A stretch of DNA of 62,571 nucleotides, counting the filler. It is 8 parts of 8 records of this genome, joined end to end, with 100 filler letters (N's around TTAATTAATTAA, not from the genome) between each part and the next. Parts side by side here need not be neighbours in the genome. Positions count along the whole stretch, not along the records: positions 12,340 to 29,935 come from SRR11831586_155; 7 more parts are not named here. One strand, 5' to 3'. This document shows, piece by piece, positions 12,485-23,676 of this stretch. The notes under the pieces are model-generated. The model was not told the DNA's origin and did not search any database. It saw nothing but the letters and a program-made list of their open reading frames with translations. A program made the position numbers and the translations under genes. Within the stretch, counting starts at the first letter, position 1, and the number at the start of each line of letters is the position of its first letter.

Positions 12485-12883
12485 ATGGGGCTTTTTGATG
12501 AAGTTGTCGGTGCCTTTCTGAAAGGCGATGCGGGGAAATATCAGGCTATTTTAAGTTGGGTTGAGGAGCAGGGCGGCATTCAGGTGCTGCTGGAAAAACT
12601 GCAAAGTGGCGGCTTAGGGGCCATTCTCTCAACCTGGCTGAGTAATCAACAGGGCAATCAATCGGTTAGTGGCGAGCAACTGGAATCGGCGCTCGGCACA
12701 AATGCGGTGTCCGATCTCGGGCAAAAACTTGGCGTGGATACCAGTACAGCTTCCAGTTTACTGGCAGAACAATTGCCGAAGATTATTGATGCGCTCTCAC
12801 CGCAAGGTGAAGTGTCACCACAAGCCAATAACGATCTGCTTTCCGCAGGCATGGAACTGCTGAAAGGGAAACTCTTCCGCTAA
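12485..12883 (+). CDS. yidB: YidB family protein
   Basis: 132 aa from MGLFDEVV; upstream of yidA. Confidence 0.9.
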   Translation: MGLFDEVVGAFLKGDAGKYQAILSWVEEQGGIQVLLEKLQSGGLGAILSTWLSNQQGNQSVSGEQLESALGTNAVSDLGQKLGVDTSTASSLLAEQLPKIIDALSPQGEVSPQANNDLLSAGMELLKGKLFR

Positions 12884-12997
12884 GCAAAAAGGGAGCACGC
12901 AACGCGCGTTGCATCCCCCTTTTCCCTCGGGTGTTGTACTGATTTTTGAGCGGAATCGCGTTAGCATGGGTCAGGAACCAATCTACCTGGGGAACTC

Positions 12998-13810
12998 ATG
13001 GCTATTAAACTCATTGCTATCGATATGGATGGCACCCTTCTGCTGCCCGATCACACCATTTCACCCGCCGTTAAAAATGCGATTGCCGCAGCTCGCGCCC
13101 GTGGCGTGAATGTCGTGCTAACGACGGGTCGCCCGTATGCAGGTGTGCACAACTACCTGAAAGAGCTGCATATGGAACAGCCGGGCGACTACTGCATTAC
13201 TTATAACGGCGCGCTGGTACAGAAGGCCGCTGATGGTAGCACCGTGGCGCAAACTGCTCTCAGCTATGACGACTATCGTTTCCTGGAAAAACTCTCTCGC
13301 GAAGTCGGTTCTCATTTCCACGCCCTGGACCGCACCACGCTGTACACCGCCAACCGTGATATCAGCTACTACACGGTGCATGAATCCTTCGTTGCCACCA
13401 TTCCGCTGGTGTTCTGCGAAGCGGAGAAAATGGACCCCAATACCCAGTTCCTGAAAGTGATGATGATTGATGAACCCGCCATCCTCGACCAGGCTATCGC
13501 GCGTATTCCGCAGGAAGTGAAAGAGAAATATACCGTGCTGAAAAGTGCGCCGTACTTCCTCGAAATCCTCGATAAACGCGTTAACAAAGGTACGGGGGTG
13601 AAATCACTGGCCGACGTGTTAGGTATTAAACCGGAAGAAATCATGGCGATTGGCGATCAGGAAAACGATATCGCAATGATTGAATATGCAGGCGTCGGTG
13701 TGGCGATGGATAACGCTATTCCTTCAGTGAAAGAAGTGGCGAACTTTGTCACCAAATCTAACCTTGAAGATGGCGTGGCGTTTGCTATTGAGAAGTATGT
13801 GCTGAATTAA
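12998..13810 (+). CDS. yidA: Cof-type HAD sugar phosphatase
   Basis: 270 aa, DMDGTLL and GDQEND motifs. Confidence 0.95.
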   Translation: MAIKLIAIDMDGTLLLPDHTISPAVKNAIAAARARGVNVVLTTGRPYAGVHNYLKELHMEQPGDYCITYNGALVQKAADGSTVAQTALSYDDYRFLEKLSREVGSHFHALDRTTLYTANRDISYYTVHESFVATIPLVFCEAEKMDPNTQFLKVMMIDEPAILDQAIARIPQEVKEKYTVLKSAPYFLEILDKRVNKGTGVKSLADVLGIKPEEIMAIGDQENDIAMIEYAGVGVAMDNAIPSVKEVANFVTKSNLEDGVAFAIEKYVLN

Positions 13811-13855
13811 TCTGTGGGCGGGCAAACAGCATAAACGCGTTTGCCCGCTTACTGA

Positions 13856-14512
13856 TTATTGGTTTACTGCATATACAACCAGAAATTGCAGCGGTGCAGT
13901 AATGATGTCCAGCGTAACAGTCACTGGCAGTAATGCTGCGGAAACACCATCCGGAATGCCTCTGGGTGAATAGTATTCATAAAATCGCACTTTAAATGGA
14001 TGGTAGAACGCCATCACCTTTGAGTAATCCATGTTTTTATTTTTCTCATGGATTGTGCCTTTTAGGTTTTCCAGTGACCTGGTACAGTGTTGAACACCAC
14101 AGGCAAAACCATAATGCGTTGCCAGTGCCTTTTCTTCTTCGTTATTCCAGTAGTAGTAAAGCGATATTGTGCCGGTAAATTTCTTTTTCCCCGCATTTAA
14201 AACAAATCTTGCGTCATCGGCAACCTGAATATTGTGCCGGTTAAGTGCTGGATCATTGAGCATCTTAACGATGTCATCGGCACCATCAGTGATAAGGTAA
14301 TCCAGCGATTCCCCTACAAAAACATAGCCTTTTGTTCCATTACTATCTTTTGCCTGCGATAGCCCAGTGATGGTGTCTGACTGCGATTGATACTTTCCTG
14401 AACTACCCTTTGCGGTATGGGAAACCAGAGCATACGAGATACAGCCTGAAAGCATCAGCGCCAGTGGGAATAAACCGGCAGCCTTAAAAAATCCCTTAAA
14501 ATTCAACTTCAT
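13856..14512 (-). CDS. yidX: Putative lipoprotein
   Basis: 218 aa from MKLNFKGF, lipobox LSGC. Confidence 0.88.
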
Positions 14513-14649
14513 GATTAATCCTTTAAACGAGTAGCTAAGCCGTTGAAAGCATACTCTTCTTTCCCTCCTGTTTAGCGCCTGATATCCCTTTTCAGATTTC
14601 TGCCCGACGCATGTCATTTTTTTATGCATTGTTCTTTTTGTGATCTAAA

Positions 14650-14724
14650 TTGTAGTACAACAATATAAGTTTGTACTACATTACACGCACGGCAAACGCG
14701 AACGTCATCACGCTGGTACTACAA
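14650..14724. promoter_or_regulatory. DgoR operator repeats in the dgo promoter
   Basis: TTGTAGTACAA (14650), TTGTACTACAT (14671), TGGTACTACAA (14714) inverted repeats; TGTGA CRP-like half-site just upstream. Confidence 0.75.
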
Positions 14725-14789
14725 AGTTGCCGCGTTATGCATCGATCGGGGTAAAGTAGAGAAGAACATACAGAGCACAAGGACTCTCC

Positions 14790-15479
14790 ATGACTCTCAA
14801 TAAAACCGATCGCATTGTCATTACGCTGGGTAAACAGATCGTTCACGGCAAATACGTGCCAGGCTCGCCGCTTCCGGCTGAGGCGGAACTCTGTGAGGAG
14901 TTTGCAACCTCGCGCAACATCATCCGTGAGGTGTTCCGTTCGCTGATGGCGAAGCGGCTGATTGAAATGAAACGTTATCGCGGGGCGTTTGTGGCACCGC
15001 GTAACCAGTGGAATTACCTCGACACTGACGTACTGCAATGGGTGCTGGAAAATGACTACGACCCACGGCTTATCAGTGCCATGAGCGAAGTGCGAAATCT
15101 GGTGGAACCGGCGATTGCCCGTTGGGCAGCAGAGCGCGCGACTTCCAGCGATCTGGCGCAGATTGAATCGGCGCTGAACGAGATGATTGCCAACAATCAG
15201 GACCGCGAAGCGTTTAACGAAGCGGATATTCGCTACCACGAGGCGGTGCTGCAGTCGGTGCATAACCCGGTGTTACAGCAACTTAGCATTGCGATCAGTT
15301 CGCTGCAGCGGGCGGTTTTTGAACGAACCTGGATGGGCGATGAGGCCAACATGCCGCAAACGCTCCAGGAACATAAGGCGCTGTTCGATGCGATACGACA
15401 TCAGGACGGCGATGCGGCAGAGCAGGCGGCGCTTACCATGATCGCCAGCTCGACACGAAGGTTAAAGGAAATCACATGA
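14790..15479 (+). CDS. dgoR: FadR/GntR-family D-galactonate repressor
   Basis: 229 aa, GntR winged HTH plus FCD domain; heads the dgo operon. Confidence 0.96.
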   Translation: MTLNKTDRIVITLGKQIVHGKYVPGSPLPAEAELCEEFATSRNIIREVFRSLMAKRLIEMKRYRGAFVAPRNQWNYLDTDVLQWVLENDYDPRLISAMSEVRNLVEPAIARWAAERATSSDLAQIESALNEMIANNQDREAFNEADIRYHEAVLQSVHNPVLQQLSIAISSLQRAVFERTWMGDEANMPQTLQEHKALFDAIRHQDGDAAEQAALTMIASSTRRLKEIT

Positions 15480-16354
15480 CAGCTCGCTACATCGCAATTG
15501 ACTGGGGATCGACCAATCTGCGCGCCTGGCTTTATCAGGGCGACCACTGCCTGGAGAGCAGGCAATCAGAAGCAGGCGTCACGCGCCTGAACGGAAAATC
15601 TCCGGCTGCGGTGTTAGCAGAAGTCACGACCGACTGGCGTGAAGAGAAAACGCCAGTGGTAATGGCAGGAATGGTTGGCAGCAACGTCGGCTGGAAAGTT
15701 GCACCGTATTTATCTGTTCCTGCCTGTTTTTCGTCTATTGGCGAACAATTAACGTCAGTTGGCGACAATATCTGGATTATTCCCGGATTATGTGTCTCTC
15801 ATGACGATAACCACAATGTGATGCGCGGCGAAGAAACACAATTGATCGGCGCGCGAGCTCTGGCTCCTTCCTCTCTTTATGTCATGCCCGGAACCCATTG
15901 CAAATGGGTGCAGGCCGATAGCCAGCAAATCAACGATTTTCGCACCGTGATGACCGGTGAATTACATCATTTACTGTTAAATCACTCATTGATTGGCGCA
16001 GGTTTGCCGCCGCAGGAAAACTCTGCCGATGCCTTCACAGCTGGCCTTGAGCGTGGTCTTAATACGCCCGCCATATTGCCGCAGCTTTTTGAAGTTCGCG
16101 CCTCGCATGTGCTGGGAACACTTCCCCGCGAACAGGTCAGCGAATTTCTCTCTGGTTTGTTGATTGGCGCAGAGGTCGCCAGTATGCGCGACTATGTGGC
16201 CCATCAACACGCCATCACCCTTGTCGCCGGAACATCGCTGACCGCGCGCTACCAGCAAGCCTTTCAGGCGATGGGTTGCGACGTGACGGCGGTGGCGGGC
16301 GACACGGCATTTCAGGCTGGTATAAGGAGCATCGCTCATGCAGTGGCAAACTAA
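15476..16354 (+). CDS. dgoK: 2-dehydro-3-deoxygalactonokinase
   Basis: 292 aa, DWGSTNLR, VMRGEETQ. Confidence 0.96.
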   Translation: MTARYIAIDWGSTNLRAWLYQGDHCLESRQSEAGVTRLNGKSPAAVLAEVTTDWREEKTPVVMAGMVGSNVGWKVAPYLSVPACFSSIGEQLTSVGDNIWIIPGLCVSHDDNHNVMRGEETQLIGARALAPSSLYVMPGTHCKWVQADSQQINDFRTVMTGELHHLLLNHSLIGAGLPPQENSADAFTAGLERGLNTPAILPQLFEVRASHVLGTLPREQVSEFLSGLLIGAEVASMRDYVAHQHAITLVAGTSLTARYQQAFQAMGCDVTAVAGDTAFQAGIRSIAHAVAN

Positions 16355-16955
16355 ACTCCCGCTGATCGCCATTTTGCGCGGTATTACGCCCGACGAGGCG
16401 CTGGCGCATGTTGGCGCGGTGATTGACGCCGGGTTCGACGCGGTTGAAATCCCGCTGAATTCCCCACAATGGGAGCAAAGCATTCCCGCCATCGTTGATG
16501 CGTACGGCGACAAGGCGTTGATTGGCGCAGGTACGGTACTGAAACCTGAACAGGTCGATGCGCTCGCCAGGATGGGCTGTCAGCTCATCGTTACGCCCAA
16601 TATCCATAGTGAAGTGATCCGCCGTGCGGTGGGCTACGGCATGACCGTCTGCCCCGGCTGCGCGACGGCGACCGAAGCCTTTACCGCGCTCGAAGCGGGC
16701 GCGCAGGCGCTGAAAATATTTCCGTCATCGGCTTTTGGTCCGCAATACATCAAAGCGTTAAAAGCGGTATTGCCATCGGACATCGCAGTCTTTGCCGTTG
16801 GCGGCGTGACGCCAGAAAACCTGGCGCAGTGGATAGACGCAGGTTGTGCAGGGGCGGGCTTAGGCAGCGATCTCTATCGCGCCGGGCAATCCGTAGAGCG
16901 CACCGCGCAGCAGGCAGCAGCATTTGTTAAGGCGTATCGAGAGGCAGTGCAATGA
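16338..16955 (+). CDS. dgoA: 2-dehydro-3-deoxy-6-phosphogalactonate aldolase
   Basis: 205 aa, KDPG-aldolase family (AILRG, GAGTV, LKIFP). Confidence 0.96.
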
Positions 16956-18100
16956 AAATCACCAAAATTACCACGTATCGTTTACCTCCCCGCTGGATGT
17001 TCCTGAAAATTGAAACCGATGAAGGCGTGGTCGGTTGGGGCGAGCCCGTGATCGAAGGCCGCGCCCGTACGGTGGAAGCGGCAGTTCACGAGCTGGGTGA
17101 CTATTTGATTGGTCAGGATCCATCGCGCATCAATGACTTATGGCAAGTGATGTATCGCGCCGGATTCTATCGCGGCGGTCCGATCCTGATGAGCGCCATC
17201 GCCGGGATTGACCAGGCGTTATGGGATATCAAAGGTAAAGTGCTGAATGCGCCGGTCTGGCAACTGATGGGCGGCCTGGTTCGCGACAAAATTAAAGCCT
17301 ACAGTTGGGTTGGCGGCGATCGTCCGGCGGATGTTATCGACGGCATTAAAACGCTACGCGAAATCGGCTTCGATACCTTCAAACTGAACGGTTGTGAAGA
17401 ACTGGGGCTAATTGATAACTCCCGCGCGGTAGATGCGGCGGTTAACACCGTGGCACAAATTCGTGAAGCTTTTGGCAATCAGATTGAGTTTGGTCTTGAT
17501 TTCCACGGTCGCGTCAGCGCGCCGATGGCGAAAGTGCTGATTAAAGAACTGGAGCCGTATCGCCCGCTGTTTATTGAGGAGCCGGTGCTGGCGGAACAAG
17601 CCGAATACTACCCGAAACTGGCGGCACAAACGCATATTCCACTGGCGGCGGGTGAACGCATGTTCTCACGCTTCGATTTTAAACGCGTGCTGGAGGCAGG
17701 TGGTATTTCGATTCTGCAACCGGATCTCTCCCACGCGGGCGGTATTACCGAATGCTACAAAATCGCCGGAATGGCAGAAGCCTATGACGTGACCCTTGCG
17801 CCGCACTGTCCGCTCGGACCGATTGCACTGGCGGCTTGCCTGCATATCGACTTTGTTTCCTATAACGCCGTACTTCAGGAACAAAGTATGGGAATTCATT
17901 ACAACAAAGGCGCGGAGTTACTCGACTTTGTGAAAAACAAAGAAGACTTCAGCATGGTCGGCGGCTTCTTTAAACCGTTAACGAAACCGGGCTTAGGCGT
18001 GGAAATCGACGAAGCTAAAGTGATTGAGTTCAGTAAAAATGCCCCGGACTGGCGTAATCCGCTCTGGCGTCATGAAGATAACAGCGTAGCAGAGTGGTAA
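16952..18100 (+). CDS. dgoD: D-galactonate dehydratase
   Basis: 382 aa, enolase superfamily (DFHGR, FIEEP, AGER). Confidence 0.96.
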
Positions 18101-18219
18101 TTCCTGCCACGTAAGCCCCTCATCGGGCACTAAAACAGCAATACAAAAATATAACCCTCTGTAAATTACAGGGCATGGTGAGCGGCTTCGCTATGCCCAA
18201 AATCTGGAGAAAGCTCGCT

Positions 18220-19512
18220 ATGGATATTCCCGTTAATGCAGCAAAGCCGGGGCGTCGGCGTTATCTGACGCTGGTGATGATCTTTATTACGGTAGTCATT
18301 TGTTATGTCGACCGCGCCAACCTGGCCGTGGCTTCCGCCCATATTCAGGAAGAGTTCGGCATTACCAAAGCGGAAATGGGCTATGTATTTTCGGCCTTCG
18401 CCTGGCTTTATACGCTATGTCAGATCCCCGGCGGTTGGTTTTTAGATCGCGTAGGTTCTCGCGTGACTTATTTTATTGCGATATTTGGCTGGTCAGTGGC
18501 GACTTTATTCCAGGGCTTTGCCACGGGCTTAATGTCATTAATTGGTCTGCGCGCGATAACCGGTATTTTCGAAGCGCCTGCTTTCCCGACCAATAACCGG
18601 ATGGTGACCAGCTGGTTCCCGGAACATGAACGCGCTTCTGCCGTTGGTTTTTATACGTCTGGTCAGTTTGTCGGTCTGGCGTTTCTGACGCCGCTGCTGA
18701 TCTGGATTCAGGAGATGTTGAGCTGGCACTGGGTGTTCATTGTCACTGGTGGTATCGGCATTATCTGGTCGCTGATTTGGTTTAAGGTTTATCAGCCGCC
18801 GCGCCTGACCAAAGGTATCAGCAAAGCTGAACTGGATTACATTCGTGATGGCGGCGGTCTGGTGGATGGTGATGCGCCGGTGAAGAAAGAGGCGCGTCAG
18901 CCGTTAACAGCCAAAGACTGGAAACTGGTGTTCCATCGTAAACTGATCGGCGTTTATCTTGGGCAATTTGCGGTGGCTTCTACACTGTGGTTTTTCTTAA
19001 CCTGGTTCCCGAACTATTTAACCCAGGAAAAAGGAATCACGGCGCTGAAAGCAGGCTTTATGACCACGGTGCCATTCCTCGCGGCGTTTGTCGGCGTCCT
19101 GCTCTCTGGCTGGGTAGCGGATCTGCTGGTACGTAAGGGCTTTTCACTGGGCTTTGCGCGTAAAACGCCGATTATCTGCGGCTTGCTGATCTCCACCTGC
19201 ATTATGGGCGCTAACTACACTAACGATCCGATGATGATTATGTGCCTGATGGCGCTGGCATTCTTCGGTAACGGTTTTGCTTCGATTACCTGGTCGCTGG
19301 TTTCTTCTCTGGCACCGATGCGCCTGATTGGTTTAACCGGCGGCGTGTTTAACTTCGCCGGTGGTCTGGGCGGCATCACCGTTCCGCTGGTGGTGGGGTA
19401 CCTGGCGCAGGGTTACGGTTTCGCACCTGCACTGGTTTATATCTCCGCCGTCGCGTTGATTGGCGCGCTCTCTTATATCCTGCTGATGGGCGATGTGAAG
19501 CGCGTTGGCTAA
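18220..19512 (+). CDS. dgoT: D-galactonate:H+ symporter (MFS)
   Basis: 430 aa from [15 protein letters not shown] motif, multi-TM. Confidence 0.96.
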   Translation: MDIPVNAAKPGRRRYLTLVMIFITVVICYVDRANLAVASAHIQEEFGITKAEMGYVFSAFAWLYTLCQIPGGWFLDRVGSRVTYFIAIFGWSVATLFQGFATGLMSLIGLRAITGIFEAPAFPTNNRMVTSWFPEHERASAVGFYTSGQFVGLAFLTPLLIWIQEMLSWHWVFIVTGGIGIIWSLIWFKVYQPPRLTKGISKAELDYIRDGGGLVDGDAPVKKEARQPLTAKDWKLVFHRKLIGVYLGQFAVASTLWFFLTWFPNYLTQEKGITALKAGFMTTVPFLAAFVGVLLSGWVADLLVRKGFSLGFARKTPIICGLLISTCIMGANYTNDPMMIMCLMALAFFGNGFASITWSLVSSLAPMRLIGLTGGVFNFAGGLGGITVPLVVGYLAQGYGFAPALVYISAVALIGALSYILLMGDVKRVG

Positions 19513-20573
19513 TCCTTCAACTGTGGAATATGTGCCACACCACTGCGCATAATCCACTTTCTTAAAGCCGGTGCGGTCAGGCATCGGCTTTTTACTATCT
19601 TGCCGAAGAGTTTTAAACGCAGTTTGCGGGTGGCGCGCCAGTAAGCGGTATTGAGCTTCTCTGGCTGCTTCAGTAACACCGAACGCAGAATGTCTGTGCT
19701 ATCCAGCGCATAGCTAATCCCCTCCAGCGAGCTGGCGCTGATAAATCCCGCCGCTTCACCAATCAGAAAGGCGTTGTCCTTACCGCAGACAAAATCCTGC
19801 CAGCGCGAGGGAAACAGCACCGTGCATTTTTCGCTTTTCACCGTCTTACCAAACTGGAACTGAAAGGCGCTCATTTTCTCTTTCAGCGTCGTGAAACGCG
19901 TCTGACCGTCTTTCATTGGATAGGCACCGCCAAAGATAAAATAACCGTCTTTGCTGATACTCCATGAATAACAGTTAGTTATCGAATTATCAAAGATGCA
20001 GGAGTAGAACGGCACCGGATGTTTCTCCGCGAACCACTGCTGGATAGCGACATATTTACGGATTTGATGATCCGGGTAGAGATGTCGCCGCACCATCGAG
20101 TTTGCGCCATCGGCACCGACCAGATAGCGGGCGGTAATATGTTGCTCCCAGCCGTCTGCACGAAAAATGACATGCCATTTATCATCCTCACGCCAGATTT
20201 TTCGGCACAGGCTGTCGTGATAAACCTCAACGCTGGCGGGGATCAGCGATTTCATCCACAAGTCGAAAGCATGGCGATTAATATTGATATAGCTTCGCTG
20301 GTAGTTACGCGTGAGCGATGCGGCGACGTCGACGGTTTTGACGCTGAAAATCTGCGGATTAGCGATCACATCGACAGGAAGCGTCAGCCCATCGCGAATA
20401 AAAGATCGCTGCGCGTCCGGTGCCAGCAGACCGCCGCAGGGTTTGCTGAAACCTTCAGTACCACACTGGTGCTTTTTATCCAGCGCGATCACCTGCATTT
20501 TGCCTGCTAACTTTCGTGCCAACGCCGATCCTGCCGGGCCGAGGCCAATAATCGCCACGTCGAAATGTTCCAT
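19509..20573 (-). CDS. cbrA: FAD-dependent oxidoreductase, colicin M resistance protein
   Basis: 354 aa from [25 protein letters not shown]. Confidence 0.92.
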   Translation of the reverse strand: MEHFDVAIIGLGPAGSALARKLAGKMQVIALDKKHQCGTEGFSKPCGGLLAPDAQRSFIRDGLTLPVDVIANPQIFSVKTVDVAASLTRNYQRSYININRHAFDLWMKSLIPASVEVYHDSLCRKIWREDDKWHVIFRADGWEQHITARYLVGADGANSMVRRHLYPDHQIRKYVAIQQWFAEKHPVPFYSCIFDNSITNCYSWSISKDGYFIFGGAYPMKDGQTRFTTLKEKMSAFQFQFGKTVKSEKCTVLFPSRWQDFVCGKDNAFLIGEAAGFISASSLEGISYALDSTDILRSVLLKQPEKLNTAYWRATRKLRLKLFGKIVKSRCLTAPALRKWIMRSGVAHIPQLKD

Positions 20574-20619
20574 CTTTTCACTCACATTCATCACGATGGC
20601 AAAAGACTATTGTCTGAAA

Positions 20620-20635
20620 GTGAAGTCCTTGTGAA
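20620..20635 (-). promoter_or_regulatory. CreB cre-tag upstream of cbrA
   Basis: Reverse strand TTCAC-AAGGAC-TTCAC matches the TTCAC-N6-TTCAC cre-tag. Confidence 0.7.
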
Positions 20636-20673
20636 GTATGATGGCGGGACCCGTTTTGTATCAGGACCGCGCC

Positions 20674-21888
20674 ATGAAACAGATAACCTTTGCTCCCCGT
20701 AATCACCTGCTCACCAATACCAATACCTGGACGCCCGACAGCCAGTGGCTGGTATTTGACGTGCGTCCTTCTGGCGCGTCGTTTACCGGCGAGACCATTG
20801 AGCGTGTGAATATCCATACCGGCGAGGTCGAGGTTATCTATCGCGCGTCACAGGGCGCACACGTCGGCGTGGTGACCGTTCATCCGAAGTCAGAGAAATA
20901 TGTTTTCATCCACGGCCCGGAAAATCCTGATGAAACATGGCATTACGACTTCCATCATCGGCGCGGAGTGATTGTTGAAGGCGGCAAGATGAGTAACCTT
21001 GATGCGATGGATATTACCGCGCCGTATACGCCAGGAGTGCTGCGCGGCGGCAGCCATGTGCATGTCTTTAGCCCGAACGGTGAAAGGGTGAGCTTTACCT
21101 ATAACGACCATGTAATGCATGAACTCGATCCGGCGCTGGATTTGCGAAACGTCGGTGTTGCTGCGCCGTTTGGCCCGGTCAACGTACAAAAGCAGCATCC
21201 GCGTGAATACAGCGGTAGCCACTGGTGCGTGCTGGTGAGCAAAACCACGCCCACGCCACAGCCTGGCAGTGATGAAATCAATCGTGCTTATGAAGAAGGA
21301 TGGGTAGGAAATCACGCGCTGGCATTTATTGGCGACACACTTTCGCCAAAGGGCGAGAAAGTGCCGGAGCTGTTTATCGTTGAGTTACCGCAAGATGAAG
21401 CTGGCTGGAAAGCGGCAGGTGATGCGCCGTTAAGCGGAACGGAAACAACCCTGCCCGCGCCACCGCGTGGCGTCGTGCAGCGACGTTTAACCTTTACCCA
21501 CCATCGGGCTTATCCGGGGTTAGTCAACGTCCCGCGCCACTGGGTGCGCTGTAATCCGCAGGGTACACAAATCGCGTTTTTAATGCGAGATGATAACGGC
21601 ATTGTGCAACTGTGGCTTATCTCGCCACAGGGCGGCGAGCCGCGCCAGTTAACCCATAACAAAACGGATATTCAGTCTGCATTTAACTGGCATCCGTCAG
21701 GAGAATGGTTGGGCTTTGTGCTGGATAATCGAATTGCTTGTGCCCATGCGCAAAGCGGCGAGGTTGAGTATTTAACCGAACACCACGCCAATTCACCTTC
21801 TGCGGACGCCGTGGTCTTCTCGCCGGATGGTCAGTGGCTGGCGTGGATGGAAGGCGGCCAGCTGTGGATCACCGAAACTGATCGCTAA
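20674..21888 (+). CDS. yidR: YidR, beta-propeller-like protein (DUF3748)
   Basis: 404 aa from MKQITFAP; repeated WTPD/FSPNG/WHPSG/FSPDG blades. Confidence 0.88.
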   Translation: MKQITFAPRNHLLTNTNTWTPDSQWLVFDVRPSGASFTGETIERVNIHTGEVEVIYRASQGAHVGVVTVHPKSEKYVFIHGPENPDETWHYDFHHRRGVIVEGGKMSNLDAMDITAPYTPGVLRGGSHVHVFSPNGERVSFTYNDHVMHELDPALDLRNVGVAAPFGPVNVQKQHPREYSGSHWCVLVSKTTPTPQPGSDEINRAYEEGWVGNHALAFIGDTLSPKGEKVPELFIVELPQDEAGWKAAGDAPLSGTETTLPAPPRGVVQRRLTFTHHRAYPGLVNVPRHWVRCNPQGTQIAFLMRDDNGIVQLWLISPQGGEPRQLTHNKTDIQSAFNWHPSGEWLGFVLDNRIACAHAQSGEVEYLTEHHANSPSADAVVFSPDGQWLAWMEGGQLWITETDR

Positions 21889-21889
21889 A

Positions 21890-22222
21890 TCAGTTATCAG
21901 GCATTCTGGCCGGTGGAATAACCGCATTGGTGGCTTGCGCGTTGGCTTCGCTTTTTTCAACGCGCGAGCGCACCGAGCTGTCTTTGCGGAACACATCCCA
22001 CGGCAGTAAAAGCGTGTCCATCACAGCGGTAAACGGCATATCGAGAATCGCCAGCGACTTAGTGCCCCAGTTGGTTTCATCGTCGCCAATCATGGTTGCG
22101 CTGGCGCGGGTGCCGGGATACGTTCCTTCTTTCCCTCCGGTATGGGACATCACGCTGGAGCATCCTCCGAGTAATGTCATTCCGCTGCATATCATGAACG
22201 CTAACAACACATTTCTTATCAT
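21890..22222 (-). CDS. yidQ: YceK/YidQ family lipoprotein
   Basis: 110 aa from MIRNVLLAF, lipobox LGGC, YPGTR, D.PF...DTLLLP. Confidence 0.9.
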   Translation of the reverse strand: MIRNVLLAFMICSGMTLLGGCSSVMSHTGGKEGTYPGTRASATMIGDDETNWGTKSLAILDMPFTAVMDTLLLPWDVFRKDSSVRSRVEKSEANAQATNAVIPPARMPDN

Positions 22223-22396
22223 AATAAATTCATCTGTTGATCGTGGGTGTTGGCCTGATGAGTTATAGCGATCCCTTGCTGAAAATAACATCATCATTAC
22301 GTCGCACTGTGGCGGCTATCGCACTTTAACGTTTCGTGCTGCCCCCTCAGTCTATGCAATAGACCATAAACTGCAAAAAAAAGTCCGCTGATAAGG

Positions 22397-22424
22397 CTTG
22401 AAAAGTTCATTTCCAGACCCATTT
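22397..22424 (+). promoter_or_regulatory. Sigma-32 heat-shock promoter of ibpAB
   Basis: CTTGAAA-N14-CCCATTT. Confidence 0.85.
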
Positions 22425-22431
22425 TTACATC

Positions 22432-22527
22432 GTAGCCGATGAGGACGCGCCTGATGGGTGTTCTGGCTACCTGACCTGTCCATTGTGGAAGGTCTTACAT
22501 TCTCGCTGATTTCAGGAGCTATTGATT
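22432..22527 (+). promoter_or_regulatory. ibpA 5' UTR, ROSE-like RNA thermometer
   Basis: TTCTCGCT can pair with the downstream AGGAG Shine-Dalgarno; known for E. coli ibpA; boundaries approximate. Confidence 0.65.
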
Positions 22528-22941
22528 ATGCGTAACTTTGATTTATCCCCGCTTTACCGTTCTGCTATTGGATTTGACCGTTTGTTTAACCACTTAGAAA
22601 ACAACCAGAGCCAGAGTAATGGCGGCTACCCTCCGTATAACGTTGAACTGGTAGACGAAAACCATTACCGCATTGCTATCGCTGTGGCTGGTTTTGCTGA
22701 GAGCGAACTGGAAATTACCGCCCAGGATAATCTGCTGGTGGTGAAAGGTGCTCACGCCGACGAACAAAAAGAGCGCACCTATCTGTACCAGGGCATCGCT
22801 GAACGCAACTTTGAACGCAAATTCCAGTTAGCTGAGAACATTCATGTTCGTGGTGCTAACCTGGTAAATGGTTTGCTGTATATCGATCTCGAACGCGTGA
22901 TTCCGGAAGCGAAAAAACCGCGCCGTATCGAAATCAACTAA
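22528..22941 (+). CDS. ibpA: Small heat shock protein IbpA
   Basis: 137 aa, YPPYNV, NGLL, C-terminal IEI motif. Confidence 0.98.
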
Positions 22942-23052
22942 TTCCCTAAGGCCGCCTGGCGCGGCCTGACATCTCCATGCTCGCCGTCAGGGAGCATATG
23001 CGAATCTTCGGATTTGCAGGTACTTACTCGCTTCTTAGAAGGAGAAATGACT
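22942..23052 (+). promoter_or_regulatory. ibpB 5' UTR, RNA thermometer hairpins
   Basis: Serial hairpins; CTCGCTTCT pairs with AGAAGGAG SD; known for E. coli ibpB. Confidence 0.6.
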
Positions 23053-23481
23053 ATGCGTAACTTCGATTTATCCCCACTGATGCGTCAATGGATCGGTTTT
23101 GACAAACTGGCCAACGCACTGCAAAACGCCGGTGAAAGCCAGAGCTTCCCGCCGTACAACATTGAGAAAAGCGACGATAACCACTACCGCATTACCCTTG
23201 CGCTGGCAGGTTTCCGTCAGGAAGATTTAGAGATTCAACTGGAAGGTACGCGCCTGAGCGTAAAAGGCACGCCGGAGCAGCCAAAAGAAGAGAAAAAATG
23301 GCTGCATCAAGGGCTTATGAATCAGCCATTTAGCCTGAGCTTTACGCTGGCTGAAAATATGGAAGTCTCTGGCGCAACCTTCGTAAACGGTTTACTGCAT
23401 ATTGATTTAATTCGTAATGAGCCTGAACCCATCGCAGCGCAGCGTATCGCTATCAGCGAACGTCCCGCGTTAAATAGCTAA
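23053..23481 (+). CDS. ibpB: Small heat shock protein IbpB
   Basis: 142 aa from [21 protein letters not shown]. Confidence 0.98.
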
Positions 23482-23496
23482 CTAGCTATTCTCTTT

Positions 23497-23524
23497 GCCC
23501 CGCCATTCTGGTGGGGCTTTTTTT
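23497..23524 (+). terminator. Rho-independent terminator of ibpAB
   Basis: GCCCCGCC-ATTCT-GGTGGGGC-TTTTTTT. Confidence 0.88.
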
Positions 23525-23676
23525 GTCTTACTTACTCAACAATGCGTTAAATTTCGACTGTTTAAGATATTTCGGCACGTTCTTTCCCGTGATAATGTGC
23601 GCTATAAGGCAAATCTGCTTCACCGATTCAGCCATAATCCGTAGCAATTAAAATGTTATCTCAAGAGAAATGGACG

